From Mobula hypostoma (taxonomy: Eukaryota), in assembly GCF_963921235.1 (NCBI RefSeq), contig NC_086109.1:25112001-25172000 (forward strand): a stretch of DNA of 60,000 nt. Reading direction: 5' to 3'. Under the pieces are notes generated by a model. The model ran no database searches and was not told the DNA's origin. It worked only from the letters and a program-made list of their open reading frames with translations. This document shows positions 12,006 to 26,176 of the stretch, one piece after another. The number at the start of each line of letters is the position of its first letter. Positions within the stretch are counted from its first letter, which is position 1. The translations under genes and the position numbers were made by a program.

Positions 12006-13119
12006 ATCTATAGTTTTGTATGTCTTCCCAAAGGAACTTTGCAATTGAGATCCTCATCTGAGTGTCCTGAGGGAGAACAGATGCACAACCACCTCATTCA
12101 GAAAGGCCCGACATCTGATTCTCCATAATATCCAGTAGTCATAGTCATAGTCATAGTCATACTTTATTGATCGCAGGGGAAATTGGATTGAGATTAGACT
12201 GAGGACTGGGTACTAAGTACTCTGTCCCTTTGTTATATATCTCTCCATCTTAATGTGCCAATCCACTACTATCCCAATCTCTGAAATGATTGTACCAGGC
12301 CTAGTGTTGGCCTGGACTCATCTTCCTCTTTCCCCTCCTATTTCTCAGCTCCTTGCAATATCATCTTCTCCTCAGGGAAGGGGAAAGAATATGAATTAAT
12401 CTAATACACTGTAAATAGAAAATTGTTCCCTTCATTGTACTATGCTATGTTCTATTAAGGTGGGGGGTTATATGGGAGGCAGGGTTTAAAGGTCAGCACA
12501 TCATTGTGGGCCGAAGGTCCTGTACTGTGCTGTACTATTCTATGTTCTATTGCAATTCATAATGTAACAGTGTGGATGGTAGTGACTGAATCAAAGACAA
12601 TGTAATGGTCACAATAAACATAGCTCATGAGGATATCATATATTTTCCAGAGATAGCTTGGAGCTTGTTGGCTTCTCGGCCCACAAAGCATTGGATGGCC
12701 TTCTTGATGTGCTTTAGTTGTAGCACACTTAAGGACAACCCCCAGTCCAATCTCATGTGGTTGGTCTCTCTCTTATTTTTCACTGTCTTTGATTAAATGG
12801 AGGGGATGAAGATCTTGGAGGGTCTCAGACCAAAATGGCAACTGCTCATCCTCCTCCACAGGACATGCTGACTTCCTCCGGCATCTGTGTGCATTGGTTT
12901 GGAATTCCAGCAACTGTAGAATCTCTTGTGTGTATGACTTTGAGTAACTTGTTCGTAACTGGTGCACAAAACTTTTCATGTGGAATGTAGAAGACAGAAT
13001 ATCAGTGGGGAGGTTTGTAGTGAGTATGGATGGAGTCATCGTCAGCGTGATCCACTTTGTGTGTGAATGTTTGTGTGAGAGAAGCTGTTTTTATTTCAAA
13101 TTTTCAATGCAATTTATCT

Positions 13120-13201
13120 CAGAGGTTCCCAAGAATTTTTTTATACTGTGGACCGCTACCATTAACTGAGGAGTCCGTGAACCCCAGGCTAAGATCCCTT
13201 G
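13120..13201. mobile_element. hAT (Charlie-like) MITE
   Basis: cag(a/g)ggttccca-type TIRs; 7/8 TSD atttatct / gtttatct; family members also at ~26932-26996, ~46811-46889 and 51457-51529. Confidence 0.7.
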
Positions 13202-15596
13202 GTTTATCTGCTTTTTAATGATTTTAAAGGAGTTATTTCTGAGGGTGATAGAAGCAAGTTTAATAATAATAACAAAACTCCAAAATGGAATTGGATAAAT
13301 ACTTAAAATAAATCATTCATAGGGGTCTTTGGGGAAAACACAAAGGGCAGAACTTAATGAATAGCTCTTTCAGAAGCCAGCGCTGGCATAATGATCTGAA
13401 CAGTTTCCTTCAGTGGAAATGCCAAACAAAGGCCACTACCACTTCAACTCACTCTTCAGCTTGTTAAGCAAATTAAATGAGCATGAGAAATGGCAGGAGT
13501 AAGTGATTTGGCCTCTTGCAGCATTCCCTGCCAATGAGATCTATTTCCTCCAGTATCACTTTCTCCACTAAACCAATAATTGCTGATCCGTTTAATATCC
13601 AAAACTCTAAGTCTTGAATATGTGAACATTAATGCTCCATGGCCCTCTACTGAATTGCAAACATTCCCCTACATGCTGACGGACAAGATTTAACTTTAAA
13701 ATGAATAGAAGTACGTCCCTTTAGAATAGAGACGAGGATGAATTTCTTTAGCCAGAGGGTAGTGAGTCTGTGGAATTCACGAGGGCAAGTCATTTGCTAT
13801 ATTTAAAGTGGAGGTTGATGGGTTCTTGATTAGTAAGGGCGTCAATGGTTACAGGGAGAAGAGAGGAAATTGGGTTGAGAGGGCTAATATATCAGCCATG
13901 ATGCAATGATGCAGCAGACTTGATGGACCGAATAGCCTAATTATTCTCCTGTGCCTTATGTTCTTATGGTCTTAATCTCAGTCTTAAATCATATTGATAC
14001 CAGTCCTAGTTCTAGACACTCCATTCAGGGGAAATATTGCTGCATCTGTTCTGTCACGTTGCATAAGAATATTATATATTTTTCTGAGATTACCTCTAAC
14101 CGCTAAGGAGTATAGGCCCAGTGATGGCATGAACATCCATTTCTCCTTCTGGTAAAAATAAATTTCCCTTCCCCTTCCTTTTTCTTCTATTTTCCAATCT
14201 GGCCTCTTACCTCTTCTCACCTGCCTCTCACCTCCCCCTGGGTCCCCTCCTCCTTCCCTTTCTCCCATAGTCCTCTCTTCCCCTATCAGATTCCTTCCTC
14301 TCCAGTCATTTACCTTTCCTACCCACCTGGCTTCACCTATCCACCATTTTATTCTGGTGCCTTCCCCCTTCCTTTCCAGCCCTGGAGAAGCGTCTGGCCC
14401 TTTAGATTTCCTGCATCTGCAGAACTTCTTCTATATAAAGTCTTATCCCCTTCCAGTGGGAGGTTCTGTATAAATGTGGACCTGTTAAAGGATCTTCAGG
14501 AATTTAACAGATACAATGTGTTGCAATTTGTGGAAAGAGTTAGTTGCTGATGGTAACCCTTGTCTAGAGTTTCATAGAACGTAAAACATTACAGCACAGT
14601 ACAGGCCCGTCAATCCACAATTCTGAACCTATTCTAAGAAGAATCAACCATTCCCCCCTACATAGCCTTTCATTTTCTGTCATCTATGTACCTATCTAAT
14701 GGCTTCTCTAATGCCCCTAATAAATCTGCCTCCATCACCACACCTGGCAGTGTGTTTCACACCCATACAACTCCCTGTGTAAAAAAACCTAACCTCCGAC
14801 ACCCCCCCCACCCTCTATACTTCCCTCTAATCACCTTAATTATTTCAGTTTCCCTTGTACTAGCATTAGTTTCCAGTGGCCTCACATCCTGGTGTCTGTG
14901 ATTTCCTTTGGCAACAGGCAGCAAACATATATTTGATCTCAAGCAACAACTAAAAACAAACATTACATTACTATGTTTCCTATAATGTGACAAGATGTCC
15001 CTAGATGCTTTATTGAAAAGTTTCAAACTTCTGATACTGAGCCTCATAAGGGAAAATCTGGGCAGTTGACTAAAACCTTGGGTTTAGGGAATATGTTGCA
15101 AGAAGAAGAGAGATGGAGGGTTTCAAAGAGGCAATCCCAGATTTTAAGGGTTTAGCAGCTAAAAGTGCTGGGATCAGTTCAATCAAATGCACCTTGATCC
15201 CAATCTGGTTCTGTTCTGCTGGATTCTGTCCCTACTTTCCCCAAGTGTGTGTATCTTAAGATCTGAAGTGATGTTTAAAGGGATCCTCTGTCGCATTTAG
15301 GGTGATGTCAATGGAGGGTCAGTAAGACCTTTCATGCAGTCACTTTCAGTTTATAAAGCTGTGACGATAGGTTCTGCACAACCTGTAGATTCTTCTTTTT
15401 ATTCCCAGTGTTATTTCACCCTCCTCATTAAAGGTCTCCCTCAAGGTGCATCTTCAGGTTCTCCTTTCCCTTTTCATGTCAGAGAGCTGCCAGATGAAGG
15501 GTCCTCTTGCATTTCTTTATGATATAAAAAGAGGCCATTTGGTTCATCAAGTCCACGCATCCGCTCACAATATTCCCATCGATTTTATTCCCCAAC

Positions 15597-18500
15597 TGAC
15601 AGGCCTGCACAGGCAGGCACCTCCCAGTCTCCAACCAGCAAACAAGAGCCACCTGACACTTGATTCCAACTCGCCACCTGTAGCCTATTTAAACCCAGCT
15701 CTCATCCACCACCATTTGTTCATTCATTCGAAACAGCCAGCCTCAATCAGTTGCTCCTAGCTTTCAGTTACTTTTTAGCCTTGTCATGTTAAGTGTCCGA
15801 TCTCACGTGTTTTATGGGCACTCATGGCTTGTTATTTTGCAAGTTAAAGTGATTGCTCCACTGCTCTGTGCTTGAGTCAAACCTCCTCTACGTTTCCCAA
15901 AAGGATGGGTGAACCAATCATTGACAGAGCAGAGTTTGACTGCCTAAAGGAAATTGTCTGTCGAAAGGAGTACGTAACCCTAAAGCAGAAGGAAATCATT
16001 GACCTTCTGCTCACCACTCTCAGCCAACTCTCTGTCTCCATATAGCAATCCAGCACCAGTGAACCTCCTCCCTCAGAGCCCTGGATCCCGATTCTCGAAT
16101 GCTTCAATAGATCCCCAGCCCAATGCTGCAACTTCCTGTCCCAGTATATCTGACACTTACACAAGCTCCAGCCGTCTCTGCATTCTACAGACTGAACCAA
16201 GATCACCTTCATCATCTCTCTGCTGACTGGGGCAATAAAACCACCACATGCAATAGTCATGGAGATTTCACCACTGAGATATGTCGGGTTGTTGGCCATC
16301 CGGGAAGTGGAAGGGGGCAATGCGTCAGATACCTCGCCTGCACAAAGGCTCATGCTCATACTGGATTACACTGTGGAACTCAGGACCCTCGTGGCAGAGT
16401 GCAGCTGGAATGCAAAAGCACTGCTGTCCATTATGATCACGGCCTCTAAGAGCACTTGAAAGATGAGCTGTCTACCCAGGCGATGCTCACTGACCTCAGA
16501 AGCTTCAGCTCTCTTGCCCTCTGAACTGATGAGGTAGAGTTGAGGGGTCTTCTCTCTGGTAAGCTCCCCCCGCCACTCGTTCTAGCACCATAGGGCGATT
16601 CTCTCTTTCTGTCCTCCTCCGAACCCCGACTCTGGTGGATTCTGGCACAGCAGGCAACTTTCTGGACTGGACTCCATGTGGTCTCCCTACCGAGCCTGTT
16701 GTGTGCCCCTTCTGCATCACAGCCACTGATGGATATCCCTTGGAGCCTGGGATGGTCAGGACGTGCACACGTCTGTGCACTTGAGCATTGGAAATCACCT
16801 TGAGTCCATCCAATTCCTTCTTCTCAACTCACCCAAAACCCCTCTCAACTTGGGCTACTCCTAGCTCCCCATTCACAACCTCCATTTTGCCTGGTCATCC
16901 GGTTCACTGCTGAGATAGGGACCCACTTGCCTGCAACCTCATCTGACTTCACCCAGTAAATCCTTGGAGAAAAAAGGAAACCCTCGACCTCACCAAACAC
17001 CCACAGGAATACCATGACCTACCTATTGATTTCATTAAGAGGAAAGCCAGCACCCTACTGCCTCATGGACCACATGACTGTGTAATCGACCTCCTCCGAG
17101 GCACCACCTTTCCCTGAGGCCATCTGTTCTCCCTCTCCCCTCCTGAGACCCAAATCATGAACGACTACTGTAATAGCCAAAGTGCTACAGCGTGGCTCCA
17201 TTCAACCATCCCGGTCCCCAGCTGGTGCAGGGGTTTTTCTTTGTCAAAAAGCAAGATGTGGGTCTTGGTCCCTGCATTGGCTATCATGGACTCAACAAAA
17301 TCATCAGTAAGAACCACTATCCACTCCTTTTGTTGGATAGCATATTCAAAACACTCCAAGGTGCCCAAATCTACACCAAATGGGATCTATAGGGCACATA
17401 CAACCTGATGTACATCCACCAGGGAGATGAGTGGAAGACAGCGTTCACAACACCCACTGTTCAGTACACGTACCTGGTGATGTCTTTCAGACTTTCTATC
17501 AGTGCAGCCATTTTCTAAGCCTTCATGAACGAGTTTCTCTGAGACATGCTACACAGGTATGTGTTCATCCACCTTCATGACATACTCTTTTTCACCAAGA
17601 ACATGTCTGTCACATCCATTCAGTCCTTCGCCATCTCCTTGAAAATGAACTGTACTGGAAGTTAAAAGATGCCAATTTCACACCCCAGTGATTTCTTTCC
17701 TAGGAGTGCCCTTTCACTCCAAGGCATAACCATGGACTCGGAGAAAGTGGGCACTGTCATTGAACGGCTCCGACCACACTCTCTCAAATGCTTACAGCAT
17801 TTCTTGGGCTTCTCCAACTTCAGCAGTTGTTTCATCAGGAACTACTGCCAAATCACCACTCCTCTCACTTCCCTCATCTAATCACCTACTTCATAGGTAA
17901 CCTGGTCTGCCACTATGGAATATGCTTTCGAGGGTCTCGAAACTCTTCACCACCACTCCCATTTTCCATCATTCAACCCCCCTCCAGACTCTTTGTGGTA
18001 GAAGTGAATGCATCAGACGTGGGTGCCGGTGAGGACCAGACAGGAAGGTGCACCCTTGTGCCTTCTTCTTGCACAAGTTCAACTCTGAACAGCACCATGG
18101 TAGAGAAGAAGACAGAGGGCTATTTGAAGGAAAGGAGACATTGGCTGATGGGAAACAGCAAGCCCTTCCCGATATGGACTGACCACCAGAACCTCATGTC
18201 CACACGACAGACCCACCAACTCAACCCACGTCAGGCTTGCCATGCCCTCTTCTTCGAACATTTCAGCATCACCACCTCCTACAGACCCAGCTCCAAGAAC
18301 ACTAAGGCCCTGTCGGACCAGGGTATCCCACTTCTGGCGAGCCTTCTGTCCCCTCCTCCCTGCCTCAGTGAGTTTACCCTCTGGCTATCATCCACAGACT
18401 AGTGGTCACTTAGAAGGAGCCAATCAGCAAATGAAGTTTCGGTGTTGTTTTGCTACCTCCACCCCTTCCACATAGAAGAAGTATCAGCTCAGTCTGAACT

Positions 18501-19458
18501 ATCTCACAATCTACACACATCCTCTACCACAGGTATGTCACCATTTGCAGTGTTTCATGGCTACCAACTCCTGTCTGTCAGAGCCCTAGCTCATCACTGC
18601 CAGAATACTTGGAAGGGAGCACCAAAGGCCATCCTAGGTGCCATCCACTCCTACGGCCATCAGTCTAACCACTGTTGGCACCTAGCCAGACCACTCTGGC
18701 CTGAGGACCATGTCTGGTTATCTACCTAAGATCTACCGCTGCACATTAACTTCTGCAAGCTCTCGCCCTAGTTCATTGTTGTTTTAACATTACCCTTCAC
18801 ATCAACCCAATCATTTACCATCTCCATCTGTCACCGTCCCTCAGGATCACACTTACTTTCCACATGCCCTGGTTCAAGCCCATTATCCTTGGGCCACTCA
18901 ACCCACCCGAGCCTGCACCTCTGGAACCAAAGATGGCAGAAGGTGGTCCAGAGTACACAGTTCACTTGTTGATGGATTCAGGTTGTCGTGGTCAGGGTGT
19001 GCAGTATCCAGTCAACTAGTTTTGGATACGGCCCAAAGGAGAGACCTTGGGCCCCTGGGTGGTGTTCAATTTCGTCTTGGATCCATCGCTCATCGAGGAG
19101 TTCCACCGGACCCATCCGGATCACCCTGGGCCTTCGAGTGCCAGTCATAGGAGGGGTGTCCTGTCAGGCCTCCCAGTCTCCATCCAGCTCACAGCAGTCA
19201 CCTGCCCCTCGTTTCCAACTCATCACCTGCAACCTATTTAAACACAGCTATTATCTGCATCCCTTCGTTCACTCATTCGAACCAGCCAGACTCAACCAGT
19301 TGGTCCTAGACTTCAGTTACCTTGTTGCCTTTTCATGTTAAATATCCATTCTCTCTTGTTTTGTGGCCCATCACGGTTTTTTATTTTGCTGCTTATTATT
19401 AAAGTGGTCATCTCCGCTGCTCAGCATTTGAGTCAAGCCTTCTCTACATTTTCTTACA
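15597..19458 (+). mobile_element. Decayed Ty3/gypsy chromovirus (Tf1/sushi group) with both LTRs
   Basis: LTRs 15597-~15902 and 19162-19458 (TG...CA outer ends), TSD ccaac (15592-96 / 19459-63), PPT aggagggg. Domains: gag (KITFIISLLTG), protease LVDSGTAGNFLD, RT (GFFFVKKQD...NHYPL...GDEWKTAF), RNase H (FVVEVNASDVGAG), partial integrase (SGYHPQTSG), chromodomain (GYGPKERPW...LIEEFHRTHP). Many stops and frameshifts. Confidence 0.95.
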
Positions 19459-20293
19459 CCAACTTATTTCCCTGTAACTATTCTCTCTCACATGTCCATC
19501 AACTCATCCCTGATTTTTCTACCACCTACATAATTTGGGAATGAATTACAATGGGCAGCTCGTCCACCAACCAGAGGACGTGAGAGGGAAACAGGACACC
19601 GGGGAAAGCCATCCTGAGCAAACTCCACCCTGAGTGGGACAGAGGCTAGGATGCTGTTAATATTAGACATTACAGTGCTGCCCAACTTTTTTGGATTCAG
19701 ATTCAGAACTGACACAGACCAGTTAAGACCAATTAAGATTCTGAACTCATTGGGGTCCCTATGTGATTCCAATGGACTGTCAGCATCCCTCTCTCTCTCA
19801 CTGCTAATTTGATTTATGCTCAAAAGTCAACCTATGACTTAAAAAAACACCTTTCAAATATTAATTATCATAACTTAACTCGAGATTGATTTCAGTGATT
19901 TCCTGCTTTTAAACCTTTGGTGAAATGGATATCTCGATTGTAAATCCTATACAACATCTAGAAACCTGTTAAAACAAAGAATTAATACTAGAAGAACTCA
20001 GCAGATCAAGCAGCATCTGTGGAGACAAAAAGTTGTACATTGATGTTTCTGCATCAGGACACTGCTAATTAGAAGAATTAAATGGATTCTTTTGAATAAT
20101 GAGCCTGTGTTAAATCTTAGAACATTTCAGGGTTGGAGAGAATCATTAGAGCCCAAGACTAAGCAACTGTGATGGTTTTACCAGGGTCATACACGCATAT
20201 GTTGGACATAACTTTTCTGAAGCACCTAAAGCACTATTTGGACCTTGAAACTAGATGAATTTTATTGTGTAATTCCTCTATTTTGATTTCCAG

Positions 20294-20426
20294 GTGAACG
20301 TTTTGGTTATGGGAACACTGAAAACCTTTGGGATTTTCTTTGTGACCTTGCAGGAAGTATTTGGAGCCTCCTCGGAACAGATCAGCTGGGTTGGCTCCAT
20401 AATGTCCAGCCTCCGTCTCTCTGCAG
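20294..20426 (+). CDS. SLC16A4: SLC16A4/MCT5 coding exon A (first visible; TM1-TM2)
   Basis: Acceptor ttttgatttccag, donor cag|gtaacc, 133 nt. Translates [44 protein letters not shown](G), matching recalled human MCT5 VNVFVMGMTKTFAIFF...[14 protein letters not shown]. Confidence 0.95.
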
Positions 20427-21939
20427 GTAACCAGGTTTGATTGGAGAATGGGTTAGTGTCGTGGTGCCCAAGCCAATGCAATCTGCCGACAAGGAAATGG
20501 TTTTAGTTTTAACAATTGTCCCCTGTTCAAGTGTTTTTGTTTCCTTTGGTTCTTCCTCGCATGCTGAAAGAGCCAATGCAAAGATACAGGTTAAAGTCCT
20601 CTCACACCAAGTTTAAGTGCCTTTTTCTTAAACTTTGATTGTGAATTGAGGGGGGTTGGGGGGCTGGTTACTTGACTGTGAGAAGCTTCACAATAATTCA
20701 GTCCCTATTCAGGGGATGGTTTTTGATGCCCTCCCTGGTTATGAGATGCGGATGAGAATGCATATAAAGCACAGATTTATTTGTTGCTGCCTGATTTCTT
20801 GTTCTCTCCTTCCACTACTCCTTCATTTTTGCCATTCTGTCTCACACAGTCTCTCTCTTTCTCACAATCACTCACTCTTTCTCTCTCTCTGTACCCTGAA
20901 ACTTTGCCCCAAAGTCAAATTCTGTAAACTGGGTTTGTTCCAATTCTTTTTCTGCATTTACAACATAACGTCGGCATAGTCACTCAGACACCGTGATACA
21001 CTCTCATCAACTACGCCAGGTCAGCTGATGTGGGTGATGGGAAAGCGCCAGTGTGATCAGAAGATGGTGCCCCTGAGCCAGGAAGGGGACATTAATCAGT
21101 CCTAGTGCTGCACCTTGACCTGCAATTATTGCATTGACGCTACCTTGGGCATCTGTCACCGTGGTGTGAATAAGCCATTTTTTAGTGTGAAAAACATCTT
21201 GTGTGAACTTCTTCCCAAAACCTCTTGGTAGGCAATTTATTGTTCTCATTTCCATTCTCTGAGTGAGGTCATGGTGAAAGGTCAGGAAAGATGCTGCCCT
21301 GTAATGCTCAGTTGCTTTGATAGTTGTCACCATCTTTCCAACAACTTCTTTGCTCTTTAGACACTGAGGAGGCACGCTCAAAGTTGTCCTTCGTGACTCA
21401 AATCATGAATACAGCAAAAGATTACTAATTAGCATATTAGACTTTCTGAAGATAAATTACCTTGGAATACTGTTTATTCCTACAAAATGTCATTCTCAAT
21501 TTCGATTTTATTACAACAGTCATGGCTTTCATCTATCCTTAACTCCCTTAATTCACCCAGTTGATCCCTCACCCATCTAAACATCTTTGCCCTCACCCGC
21601 ATAAAGTTCTGTATCATCAATATTCCACTGTTACTGTTCCAGAAATTTGATTTTAGACCTTTATTCTCATTTCTCCAAATCTTCTCCCAGAGCAGGCCTT
21701 GAATGCCTTCGTGTTCATGTAAAACCAGACTTCTTTTTCTTCCCATCCACTGCTCCATTATTGATGTCAAACTCTCTTGTCACTTTCTCTACACATTGAA
21801 ACTCTCCCCAATTCCCATTCTCCCTGCACTTGGGAATTCCCTCCTCACAGTTCTAACAAATATATTACAACTCAGTAGTAATTGCTAAGTGGAGATTTAA
21901 CTTCATAGGCTGACCGTTGAAATGATGGGTGTGTCGAGT

Positions 21940-22200
21940 CATAGAAACATAGAAAACCACAATACAGGTCATTCAACCCACAATGCTGTGCCGAACATGT
22001 ACTTAGTTTAGAAATTACCTAGGGTTCTAAGCTCCATGTACCTATCCAAAAGTCTCTTACTGACCTTATCATATCCGCCTCCACCACCGTTGCTGGCAAC
22101 CTATTCCACGCACTCACCACGCTCTGCGTAAAAAACTTACCCCTGACATCTCCTCCGTAGCTACTTCCAAGCACCTTCAAACTGTGCCCTCTTGTGCTTT
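21940..22200 (-). mobile_element. CR1 LINE 3' end
   Basis: TRGHSLKVLGSSYGGDVRGKFFTQSVVSAWNRLP, the CR1 ORF2 C-terminal motif. Confidence 0.85.
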
Positions 22201-22550
22201 TTAAACCAATCAACGTGCTGTATGTCCATTTATGAAAATAGACAAGAATCTTCTATCTTTCTCTCTCTGCACTCTGAAGAGCTTTCACCAAATCCACCTT
22301 CATGTTTTCTATACCATTTTCTGGAGTAAAATCTTCAGTTTTACCCCTTCCTCCAACCTCCTTCCTCCCACCCAACACACCCAAATGAAAAACTCCACCT
22401 TCTGGATATGGGGACAATGAGAATTACAAGGGGAAAGATAGTTACTTTCACCTTTCATCCATTCCCTTTGTCATTACCTGTAGTTTCTGTTGATAGATGT
22501 GGAGCACTGCCAGATGCGGTATGACTCATCAGACCACAGAATGATGGACT

Positions 22551-22877
22551 GATAGCATAGTGGTTAGAGAAGTGCTTTACAGTGTCAGGGGTCAGCAAGC
22601 AGGGTTTAACTCCTGCCTCTGTCTGTAAGGAGTTTGTACGTTATCCCTGTGACGGTGCGGGTTTCCTCCGGGTGCTCCGGTTTCCTCCCACACTCCAAAG
22701 ATGTATGGGTTACGGTTAAGGTTGGTAAGTTGTGGGCACGCTATGCTGGCGCCAGAAGCATGGCGACACTTGCAGAATGCTCGGAGCAGATCCTCGGACT
22801 GTGTTGGTCGCTGACGCAAATGGCGCATTTCACTGTGTGTTTCGATGTATGCGTGGCAAATAAAGCTAATCTAATCT
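22551..22877 (+). mobile_element. V-SINE (HE1-like), well preserved
   Basis: A box tagcatagtgg, B-box-like gtttaactcc, V-domain gggtttcctccgggtgctccggtttcctcccaca, (taatc)n tail. Further copies at ~24810-25060(+), 26385-26630(-), 11320-11500(-), 46690-46990(-), 47050-47320(+). Confidence 0.85.
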
Positions 22878-22960
22878 AACTCTCCTAAGTGGAGGAAAAG
22901 TACATTTCAAAATAAAAGAGAGAAGAATTTAAAATGTTTAACCTGATCTTCTCTGTGCAG

Positions 22961-23104
22961 GTCCAATTGCTTCGGTTGCTTGTGGAAAGCTGGGGGATCA
23001 GTGGACTTCGATTCTGGGCGCTGTACTAGTGAGCATGGGATTTCTCATTAGCATGCTGGCTACCCATGTGGTCTTCCTTTATGTGTCTCTTGGCGGTGTC
23101 GTTG
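22961..23104 (+). CDS. SLC16A4: SLC16A4 coding exon B
   Basis: ctctgtgcag| ... ttg|gtaaga, 144 nt, phase 1-1. (G)PIASVACGKLGDQWTSILGAVLVSMGFLISMLATHVVFLYVSLGGVV(G). Confidence 0.95.
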
Positions 23105-26014
23105 GTAAGAAGTGTTAATTTTGTCAGAATCTGTTTCAATATGGTGATCTCAACCATCTTTACGAATGGTTGTTGGAAATGTCCAAGGGCTTCTCTGTAG
23201 CCAAAGAGTGTCTTTTTGACAACTTTTGGAGGGAGGTGTTAAAAACACTGATTATAATCGATAGGCCATATTAACATATTGTCCCATCACCTTTCTTAGT
23301 TATCAGCTTTCTGCACTAGTAGCCTGTATGTTCCTCTTCATCATTCTCCCAGTTGACCCCATACTCCCCTCTCGTCCCACCTCCCTACCACATACCCCAC
23401 CCCATCTGTGTCTATCTGCATCTTTTGTTGTCTTCTTCCATCTACCATTCACCTGCCCTTGTCCTCCATTTCCACCTATCCCTCATCCCCTATCTGGATC
23501 AATCTGCCCATCATCCTTCACCCTTCCTCAGTCAGCCAATTGTCTACTGGCCTATTTCCCACTGCCTCCCTCTCTCTTCACCCTTCGTCCTGATGCAGGG
23601 TTTCAACCTGGAATGTCAACAATTCCTCTCTCCTTACCACCTCTACCTGTCCCAGTTTCAGCAGTTGAGTTCCTCCAGTAGATTGCTTGTAATTTCAGAT
23701 TACAGATCTGTAGTCTCTCAGTACATTAAATCAACATTGATGGTGTAGCTATTCCACAACTTCCTACAATAACATTTAGATTAGTGAATACATTCATAAA
23801 AGTAACTTAGATGTTTCGGTTCCTCATCTGTCAATCTATGAGATTTAAGCACTTTCCAGAAAAATTACTAAACATTGTTAAACCCGAAATGGCACAATTA
23901 GGAAAAGCTTTGTGAAATGTCATCCTTGGCCTTCAGCCACTTTATAAAGGTGAAGTGAAGAGTGACAGCTACAGGTTAGAATGCTTTATTTCATGAGACT
24001 GTGGTAACAGTTGTGGGCAGACGGGTCTATACCAGTGGTACAAGCTGAGCAGAAGTGAGCAGAGGTGAGTATCTCAGTGGAATTAATGACCAGGGCATCT
24101 TAAAATAATAAATGATATAAGGTAAGGTCCCAATGGAAGATATGGAATTGCTAATAGTTCTTAAGCTGAAGTATGTATAAATAAAATTCAGAAAATGTTG
24201 AACATAAGCAGCACATTAGAAACATAGAAATCTACAGCACATTACAGGCCCTTCTGCCCACAATGTTGTGTCAGCCATGTAACCTACTCTAGCGACTGCC
24301 TAGAATTTCCCTACTGCATCGCCCTCTATTTTTCTAAGCTCCATGTACCAAGAGTCTCTTAAAAGACCCTATTAGGTGGAAGGAGAAATAGAGTTGGCAT
24401 TTTAGTTTGAAGACCTTTGATCAGACTAGAAGAGATAAGAGATGGTATCTTTGTTTCGTGCAAGATGGGGGAAGGCAACATACAAGATCAAGTCTCAGAA
24501 GTACGGTGTTTGACAGGAGGGATGGTGGTGCGAGACAAAAGAGTGACAATGGGATATAAGATCACTGTAGAGGAAATAACCAAAGCTATCTTTGATTGTT
24601 AAACTCAGAATTGAGCCTGGCCTGAATGTATCTAATCAGAAAAAGGGGTATTGCTGGTCAGCTTTAAGCCTTATTGGAACAATGTACAAAGGCCATAACA
24701 GGAAGTGATGATTATCAGGAAACAAGACTCAGTTGTAGACTGACATGAAATCCCAGTATATTAGACTGCATTGTGAGCATAAGAGCATTTACCAGAATAG
24801 AACGGATAAGGGGTGGCATGATAGCATAGTGGTTAGCAACCCAATTTCAATTCCCGCTGCTGTCTGTAAGGAGGTCGTATGTTCTCCCCATGACCACATG
24901 GATTTCCTCCCACAGTCCAAAGATGTACCAGTTGGTAGATTAATTGGTCATTGTAAACTGTCCCGTGATGAGTCCCTGATTAAATCAGCAGATTGCTGGG
25001 CAGCAGAGCTTGAGGGGCTGGAATGGTCTGTTCTGCACTGTACCTCAATAAAACTAAATATGTACATCACTCTTATATGTGGAAGAAGTGTTTAGGGTCC
25101 TGGATGTTAAGAAAGTTGATGCTGAAGATGAAAGTGTTGTATCTTGTGGATTTGTATGGGAAGGTGTTTAGGGAGGGAAAGGCATGATTGACTTAATTAG
25201 GGATTATAGAGTGATTGATTACTTTGGAACTCTGAAAAGGGAGGGTGCTGTGATACATAGGATAAATTGGAGGTAGCAGACAATAATCTGTGGAATATTA
25301 AGGCTGATGATCCTGATGAAGGGTCTCAACCTGAATCATCAGCTGCTTATTCCTTTCGAGTTAGTGTTTTGTGAACACTAACTGTGGGAGTTACTCAACC
25401 AATCAGGAAACATCTCTCTTCATAAATACTCCTGGCCCGTTGACTATTTCCAGCGTTTTCAGTCTTTATCTTCATCTGCAATTATTTGGTTTTGACAAAG
25501 TGGAGTAAACAATATTTCCAATTGTCCATGAAAATCCCAGCATAGCTAGAACCCATTTGATGCCTCTCACCAATACTTTGTACTTGAAAGAAATGAAAAG
25601 AGTCAAGGTGCAACAAAGATAACTGTTGAACTTGTAATCACATGAGATATGCAAGGAGCAACAATGGCATTCCTTGTGATGAAGGTAATTTGCTATTTGC
25701 AACATATTCAGTAGTATTCTTTCCAAAACCTTCATTGACGGGAGTGAATGTGGCTGTACAGGTTACACTTCTATAACTCCACCTACACCTGAGAGGTTAA
25801 CACTCCTGTAGTTTGCTCACTTGCAAATCTAGCTCATAATTGCATTTTAAGAGATTGCCCTGTCAAGTTTATGTTAAGTCAAGCAAGAGAAAGGAGGGAA
25901 TAATCTGATTGGAAAGAATGGACAGTTGCCTACATCCTGTGTCAGTTGTTATGTGGCAGACCAGAGAGACAAAATGTTTAAAAGAAAACAATAAAGTGTG
26001 AATGTTTGTTGCAG

Positions 26015-26176
26015 GAATTGGCTTTGCTTTTCTCTATCAAGCAGCAAGTGTCATGCAGGCAAAATACTTCAAAAAAAGACTTGCTACTGCCTACGCCATT
26101 GCAAGGTCAGGAATGGGCCTGACATTTGCCCTCGCCCCTTTCACGCAGTTATTGCTCGTAGAATATGATTGGCAAG
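26015..26176 (+). CDS. SLC16A4: SLC16A4 coding exon C
   Basis: tttgttgcag| ... aag|gtaagt, 162 nt. (G)IGFAFLYQAASVMQAKYFKKRLATAYAIARSGMGLTFALAPFTQLLLVEYDWQ(G), containing the SLC16 YFxKRR-like motif. Confidence 0.97.

Noticed and set aside
12137..12196. (GTCATA)4 microsatellite
   Set aside because: It is the 3' tail of a truncated minus-strand retroposon; ordinary.
12978..13169. ORF with 'SMDGVIVSVIHFV' echoing MCT5 TM1
   Set aside because: It lacks the invariant GGWGW and runs into a hAT MITE; likely chance.
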